From: an uncultured bacterium
Lineage (GTDB): Bacteria > Verrucomicrobiota > Kiritimatiellia > RFP12 > UBA1067
DNA: 64,000 bases
Reading direction: 5' to 3'
Assembly (NCBI GenBank): GCA_902775595.1
Contig: CACYNF010000002.1
Location: 3,390 to 67,389, forward strand
Shown: piece after piece, positions 28,100 to 37,375 of the stretch
Layout: the number at the start of each line of letters is the position of its first letter
Position numbering within the stretch: the first letter of the stretch is position 1
Position numbers and translations under genes: made by a program
Notes under the pieces: model-generated
Seen by the model: only the letters and a program-made list of their open reading frames with translations
Databases searched by the model: none
Told to the model about the DNA's origin: nothing

Positions 28100-28415
28100 T
28101 TTCATTTCGCGGATTTGCCGTTTTGCCGATTTGCCGTTTTGCGGCCGCCGTATGCAGCGGCTCGGATCGGATTCCCGTTTTGCGGGTTTTTTACACAGGG
28201 TATATTTATATACCCTGTAAAAACGGCAAAACGGGGAATCCCGACCGCTGCCGGGACAGGCAGACGGACGGTTTTGCCGTTTTGCGGGGAGAGGCCGCAA
28301 ATCGGCAAAACGACGGATTTCTATCTCAACCCGCATTTTCCGCGATTTGCGGGCCGACCGCAGAACTCCGCGCGCTCGTTTTGCGGGCCGCCCCGCAAAA
28401 CGGCAAAACGATGAA
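28100..28415. repeat. iteron array with central AT-rich dyad: candidate origin of replication
   Basis: At least 8 copies of TTTGCCGTTTTGC-like motif in both orientations (28112-28143 tandem, 28174-86, 28219-35, 28271-89, 28295-316, 28343-56, 28377-410); perfect 11-bp inverted repeat ACAGGGTATAT-TT-ATATACCCTGT at 28195-28218 inside an about 73-bp imperfect dyad. Confidence 0.55.
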
Positions 28416-28416
28416 A

Positions 28417-30501
28417 TCATGATTCCTCCTTCTGCTCGCTCCGCGAGCCGCGAAACACAAGCTTCACCGGGCCGTCGCCGAAGGGCGAGCCCTCGCCCCT
28501 TCTGCACATGACGTAGCCGTTCGCAAGCGCCTCGTCGAACACGCATCTCGCCTTTGTCCGCGATAGGTCAAAGGTCTTCTGTATCTTCAGGACGAAGCTC
28601 GTCTTCGGCTCCGGCTTACCCTCGTCCACAAGATCCGCGACGCGGGTCGCAAGCTCGTCGATCTCAAGGACTGCATCCGCGCCGTGCTTCGGCATCTTCT
28701 GCTCCGCCTTGCCAGCCAAGTCCTCCGGGCTGCGGTTGTAGTCGGGCACCATGAGCGGAAACGCCTTCTGCAGCACAATCGGCTCCTGGCGCGGGAACGA
28801 GCGGACGACCGCCTCCAGTACGAGGTAGCCGTCGTCCTTGTGTTCGCGGAGGATGAGGTGCGTGTCGGCGGCGCGCGACTGCGAGCCCGCGCCAGCGCCC
28901 ACGTCCGTTATCGACTTCTGCGACTGGTTTCCCTTGGACGTGTGGTGGATGAGGACGAACGAACACCCCACCTGCTTGGCGAAGGTGTCGATCAGGTTGT
29001 AGATGCCCGCTATCGAGCCGTTGTCGTTCTCGTCCGTGTCCTTCGGGAGGGCGCGGTAGAACGCGTCAATGACGATCATCCTGTACCCCGCCTCCCTGAA
29101 CTTCGGAAGCCACGCGGCGAGGTCTGCTATCGACTTCCACTTGCCGCGCAAGTTCCACACGTCGATCATGTCGTCCACGTTGGGAAGCGATGGGTTGACC
29201 TTCCGCATCGCCTCGACGACGAGCGGGATGCGGTTCGCGGACGTCTCCTCGTGAAGCTCGTTGTCTATGAGAAGCACCTTCCCCGGTGCGCATGTGTGTC
29301 CGAACCAGTCAGTCCCGGAGGCGACGCAGATCGCAAGCTGCGTCACCAGCCACGACTTGCCGGTCTTCGGCGCGGCGATGATGTTCATCGTCTCGCCGAT
29401 CCTGAGGAAGCCGTCGATGAGGACGGGGCGCATCTCCGGGAATCGCCTCTTGAGCGTCCCCAGCGGGATAGGCCCCTCCTCCGGCTGCGGCGACACACAT
29501 TGACCGGGGGCCGATGTAGGCTTCAGGCTGAACGTCACGCCCAGGGTCGGCTCCTTCGCTCTGCCGTAGCCAAGTGTGTGCAAAGCCGAGGCCGCCGCAG
29601 TGAAGTCGCCGCCATGACGCAGCGTCGCGTAGACCGCGAACGGGCTGTACTTGACGTTCGGCTCGAAGGGAGCGGCGTTCGACGAAAACACATAGAACGA
29701 GCCGTCCTTGTATGTCGCGGACATTCCGTTCCTCGGGTCCTTGCCGGGACGCGTCCACTGCTCGTTGCCGTCGGCCTTGAGGCCGCAGAACTGCCAGCCA
29801 GCGTCGGCGAGGAGCGGATGGATGTCGCCACGGGCGTTGAAGTCGTCCCCCGGCGGCAGTTCCCAGGCGTCCTTGCCGCCCGTCGGGGCGAAATCCGCGC
29901 CACGTTGCCCCGTGTCGCCTCCGGCGGGGGCAGGCGGGCAGTTTGCCGCAGGAAGCTCGTCGAGCGAACGTGCGGCGTCCACGAGGGCTTGTCGCGCAAC
30001 GGCGGTGAGGACGGGCAGTTCGGCGAAGTCCCCCTGCTGGAGGACGTAGCCCTCCGTCGGGGCGCAGAGGAAAAGACCGCCCTCTCCCCGCGTTTCGATC
30101 AGCGTCTTCTGCTTCCCGTCGCGGATGCCGCGCGCCAGCTTCAGGTTGCCCTCCACCGGCTCCTCCGAGCGGTAGAACACATGGTAGCCGCCGGACGGCG
30201 TCTGCTCGATGACGAGCTTCGCGAGAAGCCCGGTGTCGACCTTCTCCATCCACGCGGCGAAAAGCTCTCCGTGCTGGTCGAAGTCCATGCACTCGAGGTT
30301 CCCGGAGACAGCCCCTGCAACCACACATATCGCGTCGTGCGGGTTCGAGAACCAGGCGCGTACCTCGACCTCAGTCGGAAGCCGCGACTGCCAGTTCTTC
30401 CACGACCCTATCGCGGGGTGCTTCCTCGCCTTCGTCGCGGGAAGGCACGAGAGGCCTGCCGCGAGATACGCCATCGCCGTCGCCACGGGTATTTGAGCCA
30501 T
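28417..30501 (-). CDS. bifunctional primase-polymerase (Prim-Pol N-terminal) fused to AAA_25/RepA-like helicase ATPase, C-terminal winged-helix-like (694 aa)
   Basis: N-terminal LAAGLSCLPATKARKHPAIGSWKNWQ Prim-Pol-like; Walker A APKTGKSW, VLLIDNE. Confidence 0.75.
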   Translation of the reverse strand: MAQIPVATAMAYLAAGLSCLPATKARKHPAIGSWKNWQSRLPTEVEVRAWFSNPHDAICVVAGAVSGNLECMDFDQHGELFAAWMEKVDTGLLAKLVIEQTPSGGYHVFYRSEEPVEGNLKLARGIRDGKQKTLIETRGEGGLFLCAPTEGYVLQQGDFAELPVLTAVARQALVDAARSLDELPAANCPPAPAGGDTGQRGADFAPTGGKDAWELPPGDDFNARGDIHPLLADAGWQFCGLKADGNEQWTRPGKDPRNGMSATYKDGSFYVFSSNAAPFEPNVKYSPFAVYATLRHGGDFTAAASALHTLGYGRAKEPTLGVTFSLKPTSAPGQCVSPQPEEGPIPLGTLKRRFPEMRPVLIDGFLRIGETMNIIAAPKTGKSWLVTQLAICVASGTDWFGHTCAPGKVLLIDNELHEETSANRIPLVVEAMRKVNPSLPNVDDMIDVWNLRGKWKSIADLAAWLPKFREAGYRMIVIDAFYRALPKDTDENDNGSIAGIYNLIDTFAKQVGCSFVLIHHTSKGNQSQKSITDVGAGAGSQSRAADTHLILREHKDDGYLVLEAVVRSFPRQEPIVLQKAFPLMVPDYNRSPEDLAGKAEQKMPKHGADAVLEIDELATRVADLVDEGKPEPKTSFVLKIQKTFDLSRTKARCVFDEALANGYVMCRRGEGSPFGDGPVKLVFRGSRSEQKEES

Positions 30502-30531
30502 GAGGCCTCCTTTCTTTTTTGTGTGGTTGCG

Positions 30532-30759
30532 TCAGCCGCTCGGCGAGCGGTAGCTGTTCAGCGCCTCGCTCCAGGCGTTATAGTGACCCGCGCCCATGCT
30601 GCGGGCGCAGAAGTACAGGGCCGCGAACAGCACGAGCGTGCCCGCCGCGAGGAGCGCGGCGTGCCGCGCAGCCCTGCACAGTTTCTCCCGCCAGCGGATC
30701 TGCCTGTCTACCCACGCCCAGTATTCGTCGTCAGAACGGAAGGTCGTCGAAGTCTTCAT
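30532..30759 (-). CDS. small membrane protein (about 75 aa)
   Basis: Hydrophobic segment LLAAGTLVLFAALYF; overlaps downstream helicase gene 3' end. Confidence 0.3.
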   Translation of the reverse strand: MKTSTTFRSDDEYWAWVDRQIRWREKLCRAARHAALLAAGTLVLFAALYFCARSMGAGHYNAWSEALNSYRSPSG

Positions 30760-32451
30760 ACGAATCCCCCTCTCCATGTGTGTTTTCGCCCGACTCCACC
30801 AGGGGGAAGTCCCCGAGTTCGCAGCCGGTTATCTCCGGGTACTTCTCGCCGGAGACGAAGCGGACGGTTATCTCCTTCACCTCGCGGAGCATCCCGGAGA
30901 AATCGCACTCGCACACCTCCTCCGCCGTGCGCGGCAGCGGGCAGTCGGGGTGCGCATGTTCCCGCCACCACTTCTCGAACTTCCGCCTTGCGTACCCCGT
31001 GTGTTCAGGGCACAGCCACTCGGAGTAGTGCGTGAGGTAGTCGACGTCGTACGTCACGCGCACCGTCTTCGGAGAGCCGGGCGGAGCGCCCCGCTTCTCC
31101 CAGACCTGGTAGATCGTGTGCATGACGGGGAACTTCTCCGTCGTCACCTCGCCGGACAGGATGCCGACCCGCGCGGCGGAGGCGTCGAGCGACTTCCTCT
31201 CGCCTCGCGGCCACTGGTAGCCGCACTCCGGGCAGAGCATGACCGGGAGGTTCACAATCGTCTGGCACTGCGGACACGCCTTCGCGAGCGGACCGCCCTC
31301 CCCCTTGCCGGGCTCCTTCACCTTGATCATGTCGATCGGACCGTGCCGCTCGATGTTCCTGCCGTAGTCGAGGACGAGGCACTCGGTCTTGCCAGTCTCG
31401 GGCGAAAGGCGGAATCCGCGCCCCACCATCTGCACCAGGAGCCCTGGGCTATTCGTCGGACGCAGAAGCGCAATCGTGTCCAGGCGCGGGATGTCCGTAC
31501 CCGTCGTGAGGACGGAGACGTTGCAGCAGTACTTGAGCGGCGGCTTCTCCGAGAAGAAGTCCTCCTTCACGGTCTCGCCGCGAAGACGTCTGATCGTCTC
31601 CTCGCGCTCGTCGGCCGGCGTGTCGCCCGTGACGATGGCGCACTCCTCGCCGGAGAGCTTCGTTATCGTCGACGCGACCTTCCTGCAGTGCGCCACGGAC
31701 GTGCAGAAGACGAGGCACGCCTGCCTCCCCTTCGTGAGCCTCACGATCTCGTCGCAGGCAGAGCTGACGAGCCTGTCCTCGCCCATGAGCTTCTCCACAT
31801 CCTCGGCGACGAACTCGCCCGCGCGGATGTGCAGGCCGTCCGTGTCGGGCGAGTGCTTCCCCGCCTTCGCGGTGATGTTCGAGATGTAGCCACGGTTGAT
31901 CAGCTCCTTGACGCCGATTTCGTAGCACACCTCGTTCAGGAGGTTCTCCGGCTTGCATATGAGCCCGCCCTGCGTCCTGTAGGGAGTCGCCGTCCAGCCT
32001 ATCAAGCGGACGCGGGGATTGACCCGCTTTGCCGCTTCGAGGAAGGTGCGGTAGCGACCCTCGCCGTCAGGCGGCACCATGTGCACCTCGTCGATCATGA
32101 CGAGGTCGAACGGCCTGAACGCCTCGATCTTGTTGTACACCGACTGGATTCCCGCGACGATGACCGGCGCGTCCGTCTCGCGGCTGTCGAGCCCGGCGGA
32201 GTACACGCCGACCTTCAGCTCGGGGCAGATGGAGCGGAGCTTCCCCGCGTTCTGCTCGACAAGCTCCTTTACGTGCGCGAGTATCATCACGCGCCCCTTC
32301 CAGAGCGTCACCGCGTCCTTCGCCACCTGCGCGATGCAGAGCGACTTGCCACCGGCGGTAGGAATGACCACGCAGGGGTTCGTCTCCTTCTCGCGGAGGT
32401 GCGCGTAGACGGAGTCAACCGCCTCCTGCTGGTAAGGGCGCAACGTGTACA
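30731..32451 (-). CDS. SF2 DEAD/DEAH-box helicase with C-terminal zinc-ribbon (573 aa)
   Basis: Motif I VIPTAGGKS, motif II MIDEVH, motif III GWTATP, CPQC...CPEC; internal start MYTLRPYQQEAV. Confidence 0.75.
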
Positions 32452-32777
32452 TGGACGAGGCCTCCTTCGATTGGGTCGAGCATCTCCATTTCGAGACGCC
32501 GGACGAGAGAGTCGTCCTCCAGGAGCCCCGCGTTGACGAGGGCGTCCTGGAGGGACTTGAGCAGATTGTCGAGATCCCGCCTCCGTCTGTCGGGCGGATA
32601 GCAGTCGAGCGCAAGGCGGACCTTCCCGGTGAACTTCGGATAAAGCCCCCCGAGTCGGCTCACGACCATGCGACGGTACTTTCGACCCTCGCGGCTGATG
32701 AGCACGCGGGGGCCGACGTGGCGGTAGTAGTTGTTGACCGACGGCGGCCAGGGGAGGTCGAACTCGGCGTCCCTCAC
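32415..32777 (-). CDS. rusA: RusA-family Holliday junction resolvase (about 120 aa)
   Basis: LPWPPSVNNYY..., RRDLDNLLKSLQDAL catalytic D-x-D-N; GTG start in GTGA overlap with upstream stop. Confidence 0.7.
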   Translation of the reverse strand: MRDAEFDLPWPPSVNNYYRHVGPRVLISREGRKYRRMVVSRLGGLYPKFTGKVRLALDCYPPDRRRRDLDNLLKSLQDALVNAGLLEDDSLVRRLEMEMLDPIEGGLVHVHVAPLPAGGG

Positions 32778-33223
32778 CTCGCCCACGGCGCGGCTCCCGA
32801 CGCCTGCGGCGGCTTCTGCGCGGGCTGCTGCGTCTGGGCGGCCTTCGCCTTGTACGCCTTTACGACGTTCTTCGTCGGGTCGTTCCTGTCGACGCCGACG
32901 GTGATGACGAGCGGGAGGTTGTGGAGCTGCACGGTGTCCTCGAGCTCTGTGACCCCGACCGCCTTGCAGAGGCTCGCAAGCTCCTCGCGCCCGATCTGCT
33001 GCGCCTTGGCGTTCTGGTTCTCGTAGTTGATCCACGCGAAGACCTTGCGCCCCTTGGCGGGACCGTCGGAGAGGATCTCGAACGTGAGGTTGATGCCCAT
33101 TCCGTTGCCGTTCTTGGTGGCCCTCGTCTCCGAGTCGGTCACGACCGCCTCGTAGGTGCCGGAGGGGATTGCGTCGCGGGAGGTCGTGTCGACCTCGGCC
33201 GCGTTGAACTTCAGCTGTGCCAT
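32774..33223 (-). CDS. DUF669-like phage protein (149 aa)
   Basis: MAQLKFNAAEV...GTYEAVVTDSE...GMGINLTFEIL pattern and position next to Sak4-like ATPase. Confidence 0.5.
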   Translation of the reverse strand: MAQLKFNAAEVDTTSRDAIPSGTYEAVVTDSETRATKNGNGMGINLTFEILSDGPAKGRKVFAWINYENQNAKAQQIGREELASLCKAVGVTELEDTVQLHNLPLVITVGVDRNDPTKNVVKAYKAKAAQTQQPAQKPPQASGAAPWAR

Positions 33224-33316
33224 AGTCTATGTGCCTTTCCTTTTTCGTTTGAGCATGAAAAAAGGGAACCAGCGCCACAAGGCGGGGGCTCCCCGTTTTC
33301 AAAGTTGCGTTTTGCG

Positions 33317-34066
33317 TTACTTCTTCGATCCAGCCTTCATGCCGTCCATGAAGGCCTGCCACGAGAGCGCCATCTCGCTCGGAAGCGAATAGCGGTTCTT
33401 CGCGTTGCAGGCGGGCGAGCCGTTCGTGCGGAGGATGCGCTCGCCGCCGTCCGCACCGACCGGCGCGGCCTTGCCGGTCGTGGAGTCCACGCGCATCCTG
33501 CGGGACGCGAACAGCACCGCGTCCGCCCACTCGCACACAAGCGAATTCGCGCTCTTGTGGAGTCGCGGCTGGTAGCGGTCGTATGCCGGATGCTCCGGGT
33601 CCTCGAACCGCTCGACCTTCGCGTGCGCGACAAGTATGACGGCCATTCGCTTCTTCGCGCGGATCTCGTTCAGGAGCTTCACGATCTCGCGCCAGTAGGT
33701 GAGCGCGTAGGTGTAACCCTTCCCGTAGCCGCCGTCGGCCTTCTCGATGGACTTCACGCCGTAGTCCGCGCAGACGCGGTCCCAGATGAGGCGCTCCAGC
33801 CAGTCGAGCGAGTCGACGCAGAGCGTCTGGAACTCGTGCTCGCCGTCGCGGATCGCCTTCAGCTGCTCGACGACCTCGGCGAACGAGGTGCAGAGCGGGA
33901 ACTTCGCGCAGTCGATCTCCGAGAGGCCGTCCTCGGTCTGCACGAAGATTGGCTTCGGCGCGGAAGCGGCAAACGTCGACTTGCCGACGCCCTCCGAGCC
34001 GTATATCATGATGCGGGGAGGCTGCTGCGCCTTTCCCGTCGTTATCGTTTCCAGCAGGTTACCCAT
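33317..34066 (-). CDS. Sak4-like RecA-fold ATPase (AAA_24 type), 249 aa
   Basis: IMIYGSEGVGKST Walker A; phage recombination module context. Confidence 0.7.
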   Translation of the reverse strand: MGNLLETITTGKAQQPPRIMIYGSEGVGKSTFAASAPKPIFVQTEDGLSEIDCAKFPLCTSFAEVVEQLKAIRDGEHEFQTLCVDSLDWLERLIWDRVCADYGVKSIEKADGGYGKGYTYALTYWREIVKLLNEIRAKKRMAVILVAHAKVERFEDPEHPAYDRYQPRLHKSANSLVCEWADAVLFASRRMRVDSTTGKAAPVGADGGERILRTNGSPACNAKNRYSLPSEMALSWQAFMDGMKAGSKK

Positions 34067-34081
34067 TTGGTTCTCCTTTCG

Positions 34082-34459
34082 TTACTTCAGTTCCCTCGCC
34101 CAGGAACGCCCTGGGGTTTCGCATGCCTTGCCGTGGGTGACGGTGATTCCGCCTTCGCCCCTGTGTTCGACCGTCCTGTGGGTCATGAACCTCAGCAGGC
34201 TCTCGCGGGTCACGCCGATTGCGCGGCAGCCGCCGCCGTAGACGCGGTCGAGGTATCCACGGTATATGTAGTGGCGCAGGGTACGCCGCTTGACCTTCAG
34301 GATTTCCATCGCGTCGCCGAACCTGACGTTGTGGACGATGTCGTCGTCCGATTCGGCCTTGCCGCGAAGTGCGGCTATCGCCCGCTCCAGCATGTCCTTC
34401 GTGACCTCGGGGTCCATCATGACCATGCTCCTGATCGCGTTTTCTGTTTCCGGCTTCAT
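34082..34459 (-). CDS. excisionase-family HTH (HTH_17-like) DNA-binding protein, copy A (125 aa)
   Basis: MEILKVKRRTLRHYIYRGYLDRVYGGGCRAIGV; near-identical paralogue at 59581-59967 on the opposite strand. Confidence 0.55.
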   Translation of the reverse strand: MKPETENAIRSMVMMDPEVTKDMLERAIAALRGKAESDDDIVHNVRFGDAMEILKVKRRTLRHYIYRGYLDRVYGGGCRAIGVTRESLLRFMTHRTVEHRGEGGITVTHGKACETPGRSWARELK

Positions 34460-34468
34460 GCGCTCTCC

Positions 34469-35290
34469 TCAAATATCGAGAATCCTCATGTCCTCGGTGC
34501 GCGTCGGCCATACGTTATCGCTGCGGCAGCTGCGGAGTTCCGCAATCGCGCGCTCGTTTTCGAGTGCGCAAGCCTGGAGGATGCCGTCGGTCAATTTCCA
34601 CACGCCGCAGCGCATCGGCTCGCGCTTCTCGATGGCGATCAAATAACAGTCCGCCTCAACAGCGCACTCGCTCGCGGTGCGCAAGACCTCGCGGTAGAAC
34701 GCCATCTGCTGCGGATAGCCGAACCGCCTCGCGTCGCCCTCGAAGTAGTCCAGGGTCTCGCAAGTCTTGAGGTCGCAGATGGTCGGGCGGCCGCCGTAGT
34801 CGGCGCGGAACCAGTCCATGCGGATCTGGCACGGTTCGCCGCAGTAGCGCGTGCGCACGGTCTGCTCGGCGATGCCGTCGTCGAGAAGCTCGCGGGCGAC
34901 GGGATGCGCCCAGACGCTTTCGCGGAGCTTCGACATGAACGCGAAGTCCGCCCCGCCCACGACTTCCTTTGACTGCGATGCGGCCCACTCCCTGTACGCC
35001 TTTGTGGTCTTCCCGAACGGCTCGCCCGTCTTGGGGTTGACGGGTCCGTCCGTGACGAGGAACTCCTCGTCGAACCTGGCGCGCCCCTCCAGGACGAGGA
35101 CATGCACCGCCCTTCCGACGGCGAGCGCGGTCGACTCGGTCGGCTCGATCTCCCCGTTGATCTTCTTGTGGTAGAGCCTCGGGGACTTCCTGAAGTCGCC
35201 GAGGAGGTGGCTCGACAGGATCTTTCCGTCCCGTGCCGCCTGGTGGTATTCGTCTGCGGGTACGTCCGCGAAGAACGACAGCTTGTTCAT
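34469..35290 (-). CDS. PD-(D/E)XK nuclease-family protein (phage exonuclease-like), 273 aa
   Basis: ICDLKTCETLDYF...GYPQQMAFY motifs; internal start MNKLSFF. Confidence 0.55.
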   Translation of the reverse strand: MNKLSFFADVPADEYHQAARDGKILSSHLLGDFRKSPRLYHKKINGEIEPTESTALAVGRAVHVLVLEGRARFDEEFLVTDGPVNPKTGEPFGKTTKAYREWAASQSKEVVGGADFAFMSKLRESVWAHPVARELLDDGIAEQTVRTRYCGEPCQIRMDWFRADYGGRPTICDLKTCETLDYFEGDARRFGYPQQMAFYREVLRTASECAVEADCYLIAIEKREPMRCGVWKLTDGILQACALENERAIAELRSCRSDNVWPTRTEDMRILDI

Positions 35291-35407
35291 TGGTGTTTCC
35301 TTTCTCTTGGGCGAAAACAGAAAACGGAGGCCGTGCCTTAATAATGGCGCAGCCTCCGTCCTCGTGTGCCGACTCCTTGCGGGGCCGATCCGCAAATGCG
35401 CGCCAGC

Positions 35408-35465
35408 CCCACAATAATATATACAACCGCCGAAGCAAAATTGTGAGAATTAATTTTCAAGAAAT
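35408..35465. repeat. conserved about 60-bp intergenic element, copy 2
   Basis: See copy 1 at 18832-18895. Confidence 0.6.
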
Positions 35466-36244
35466 TCTCCCTTCTGCCCGGCGGCCGGCTCGAAGCCGCA
35501 CTTCAGCGCGGCCTTCCTCACGCCCCTCATCGTGACGTTCATGATGTGGAAGCGGTCGACGTTGACGCCAAGCCGCCGCGACACCTCGCCGGCCACGTCC
35601 GCATACGACAGCCCGTCGAGCCGAAGGTCAAGCGCAAGAAGCTCCTCGTCGCCCAGCATGAGCTTCATCGTCTCCAAGTCCATGCGGAACCAGAGGTCCC
35701 TGAAGCACTTGCACCGGTCGCTGAACGGCTCTCCCTCGCAGTCCTTCGCGCCGTCCCCTCCTTCCTCGTCGCCCTCAAGCGGGCCGATCGGGACGGTGGG
35801 CACGTTCCTGCGCCTCCGCGCAACGTGCTTCTTTATGTTCTTGGCCACGTTGTCGACCGCGAAGCTGAGAAACCGCTCCACGCCCGCCTTGCGCCCCTTG
35901 GCGTTCCTGCGCTCGCCGTCGTAGAGCGGGAGAATGCGGCAGATGTGCGCGTTGATGATCTGCGTGTAGTCCTCGTATTCATGGCGCGCGATGACGCCGC
36001 CGACCACAAGCAGGTCGACCACCGCCGACACGCGCGCCCGCATCAGCTCGACCGCCCATTCGGGCGTCATCGGCGCGGGCTCGCACCTGGAACGCGTCCC
36101 CGCGCGCCTGCGCTTAAGGGGCGTCGCGACCACGCATCCGAAGTCCAGCTCGTCGTCCGACCGGCGGTCCACCTCCCCGCGCTCCCATGCGGGGCGGCTC
36201 AGCTCCGAATCGTCGTCGGGGTTGTAGCGATAGGAACGGCTCAT
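35450..36244 (-). CDS. sigma-70 family (ECF-like) RNA polymerase sigma factor (264 aa)
   Basis: Region-2-like DLLVVGGVIARHEYEDYTQIINAHICRIL; region-4 HTH LSYADVAGEVSRRLGVNVDRFHIM; GAGGAGGAG RBS before ATG. Confidence 0.65.
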   Translation of the reverse strand: MSRSYRYNPDDDSELSRPAWERGEVDRRSDDELDFGCVVATPLKRRRAGTRSRCEPAPMTPEWAVELMRARVSAVVDLLVVGGVIARHEYEDYTQIINAHICRILPLYDGERRNAKGRKAGVERFLSFAVDNVAKNIKKHVARRRRNVPTVPIGPLEGDEEGGDGAKDCEGEPFSDRCKCFRDLWFRMDLETMKLMLGDEELLALDLRLDGLSYADVAGEVSRRLGVNVDRFHIMNVTMRGVRKAALKCGFEPAAGQKGEFLEN

Positions 36245-36519
36245 GGCTCCGACTCCTCCTCTGCCGAGTCCCAGAGCCGCCTGCCGCGCAAGTCCATGCA
36301 CAGGGAATCGTATTTGGCGTCGTCGAACACGATCTCCTCGAAGGCATCGGCCCCGAACTCGCTCTCGCAGGGATCTGCGGCGAGGTCGAGTTCGGCGGGA
36401 CTAAGCTCGGACTCGACATACACTGCGGGAAAAAGCCTGGCCATCAAGTCGCAGTCCTCGCGGCGCATCTGGCCGCGCAGGACCCTGTCTTCCATGATCT
36501 GATCAGATTGCCTACCCAT
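36241..36519 (-). CDS. small acidic protein translationally coupled to sigma factor (92 aa)
   Basis: ATGA overlap with sigma start; acidic, Cys-containing. Confidence 0.4.
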   Translation of the reverse strand: MGRQSDQIMEDRVLRGQMRREDCDLMARLFPAVYVESELSPAELDLAADPCESEFGADAFEEIVFDDAKYDSLCMDLRGRRLWDSAEEESEP

Positions 36520-36727
36520 GATGCACCTCGTTGCCTGCCGGAATTTTCAGGAGCAGGATGCACCCGCCGTGTCGCCTGCCTCTTTTGCCGTGCCTGCGGC
36601 GGCGTTTCTTCCTTGGGAACATCGCGCGCTCCCACGCCGCGAGGCTGCGGTCCACCTCTTCGTAGAAGCGCCTTATCTTCGCTCTTGAGCCTGGGGTGAT
36701 CCCCACGATTGTATTTCTGTTCGCCAT
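36512..36727 (-). CDS. small basic protein (71 aa)
   Basis: Internal start MANRNTIVG; KKRRRRHGKRGRRHGG basic tail. Confidence 0.3.
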   Translation of the reverse strand: MANRNTIVGITPGSRAKIRRFYEEVDRSLAAWERAMFPRKKRRRRHGKRGRRHGGCILLLKIPAGNEVHHG

Positions 36728-36926
36728 TGTTGTTTTCCTTTCGCGCGCCCGGATGTCGGGCGTCACGATGTCAATTTTCGCGCCGCCTACACGCATGGCG
36801 AACCATGCTTTCTGCGGCATGGAGGCGCAACACGCGAAACACAACGGCGAATCTCGCGAACTGCGGCTAAAGTCGCCTACATGGAAAGTGTAGTTCGTGT
36901 AGTTTTCGCGGATTCAAATGCCAAAG

Positions 36927-36947
36927 ACCCGCCTGCGGAAAGTCCGC
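36927..36947 (-). terminator. candidate intrinsic terminator
   Basis: CTGCGGA-AAG-TCCGCAG hairpin followed on the minus strand by a moderately T-rich tract. Confidence 0.25.
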
Positions 36948-36982
36948 AGACGGGTCCAGAGCGCCTTTCTACGGCGCAGGGG

Positions 36983-37375
36983 CTACCTCGGCATTCCGCC
37001 GACGTAGTGCCCGATCTTTATGTGGTAGCAGTAGGCCGCGAGCGCCTGCCATGTCGGATAGCCGCCTGCGACGCTCCGGTACACGCTCTTCGCGGCGAAC
37101 CAGGGAGTCCTGTCGGGGCGTTCCGCAAGGTAGTCCCTCACGGCCAGCACCTGCCGCTGCCGCGCGGTGTTCAGCCTGTGCCACGGATACACCCTGTCCT
37201 CGCCGTGTATGTATGCGGCGGTCACAAGGCTTGTCTTCCGGTCGAGGCTGCCGAGAAGCCTGACGGCCTCGTCCAGCTTGCCGGCAATGCGCAGCGCGAT
37301 CTTTCCGATTTCAGCGAGCGAAGCCGCCTCACCCGCCTTCGGGATGTCGGCTCCGCCCTGTTTCCTTTTTTGCAT
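36983..37375 (-). CDS. hypothetical protein (130 aa)
   Basis: Protein-like ORF, first gene downstream of intergenic 37376-37539. Confidence 0.45.
   Translation of the reverse strand: MQKRKQGGADIPKAGEAASLAEIGKIALRIAGKLDEAVRLLGSLDRKTSLVTAAYIHGEDRVYPWHRLNTARQRQVLAVRDYLAERPDRTPWFAAKSVYRSVAGGYPTWQALAAYCYHIKIGHYVGGMPR

Noticed and set aside
28100-28415. Possible CRISPR array
   Set aside because: Repeats are short (about 13 nt), irregularly spaced, in both orientations and lack uniform spacers; no cas genes. Iterons fit better.
27853-28546. Track ORFs inside the iteron/dyad region (27853..28071, 27896..28546, 28102..28308, 28115..28414, 28123..28422)
   Set aside because: Driven by the repeated TTTGCCGTTTTGC motif (peptides full of FCG/FAV/NGKT); mutually overlapping in several frames, no RBS context. 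Interpreted as non-coding origin or regulatory DNA.
28684-31035. 783-aa plus-strand ORF and other long plus-strand ORFs (5453..6733, 14209..15705, 19096..21306, 30596..32536, 32921..34972, 61454..62983)
   Set aside because: Antisense to well-supported minus-strand genes; R/P/A-rich low-complexity translations.
34290-34646. ORF MTFRISIASPNLTLW... and its twin at 59490..59756
   Set aside because: Both are the antisense strand of the duplicated HTH gene. The shared peptide reflects the DNA repeat, not a real gene.
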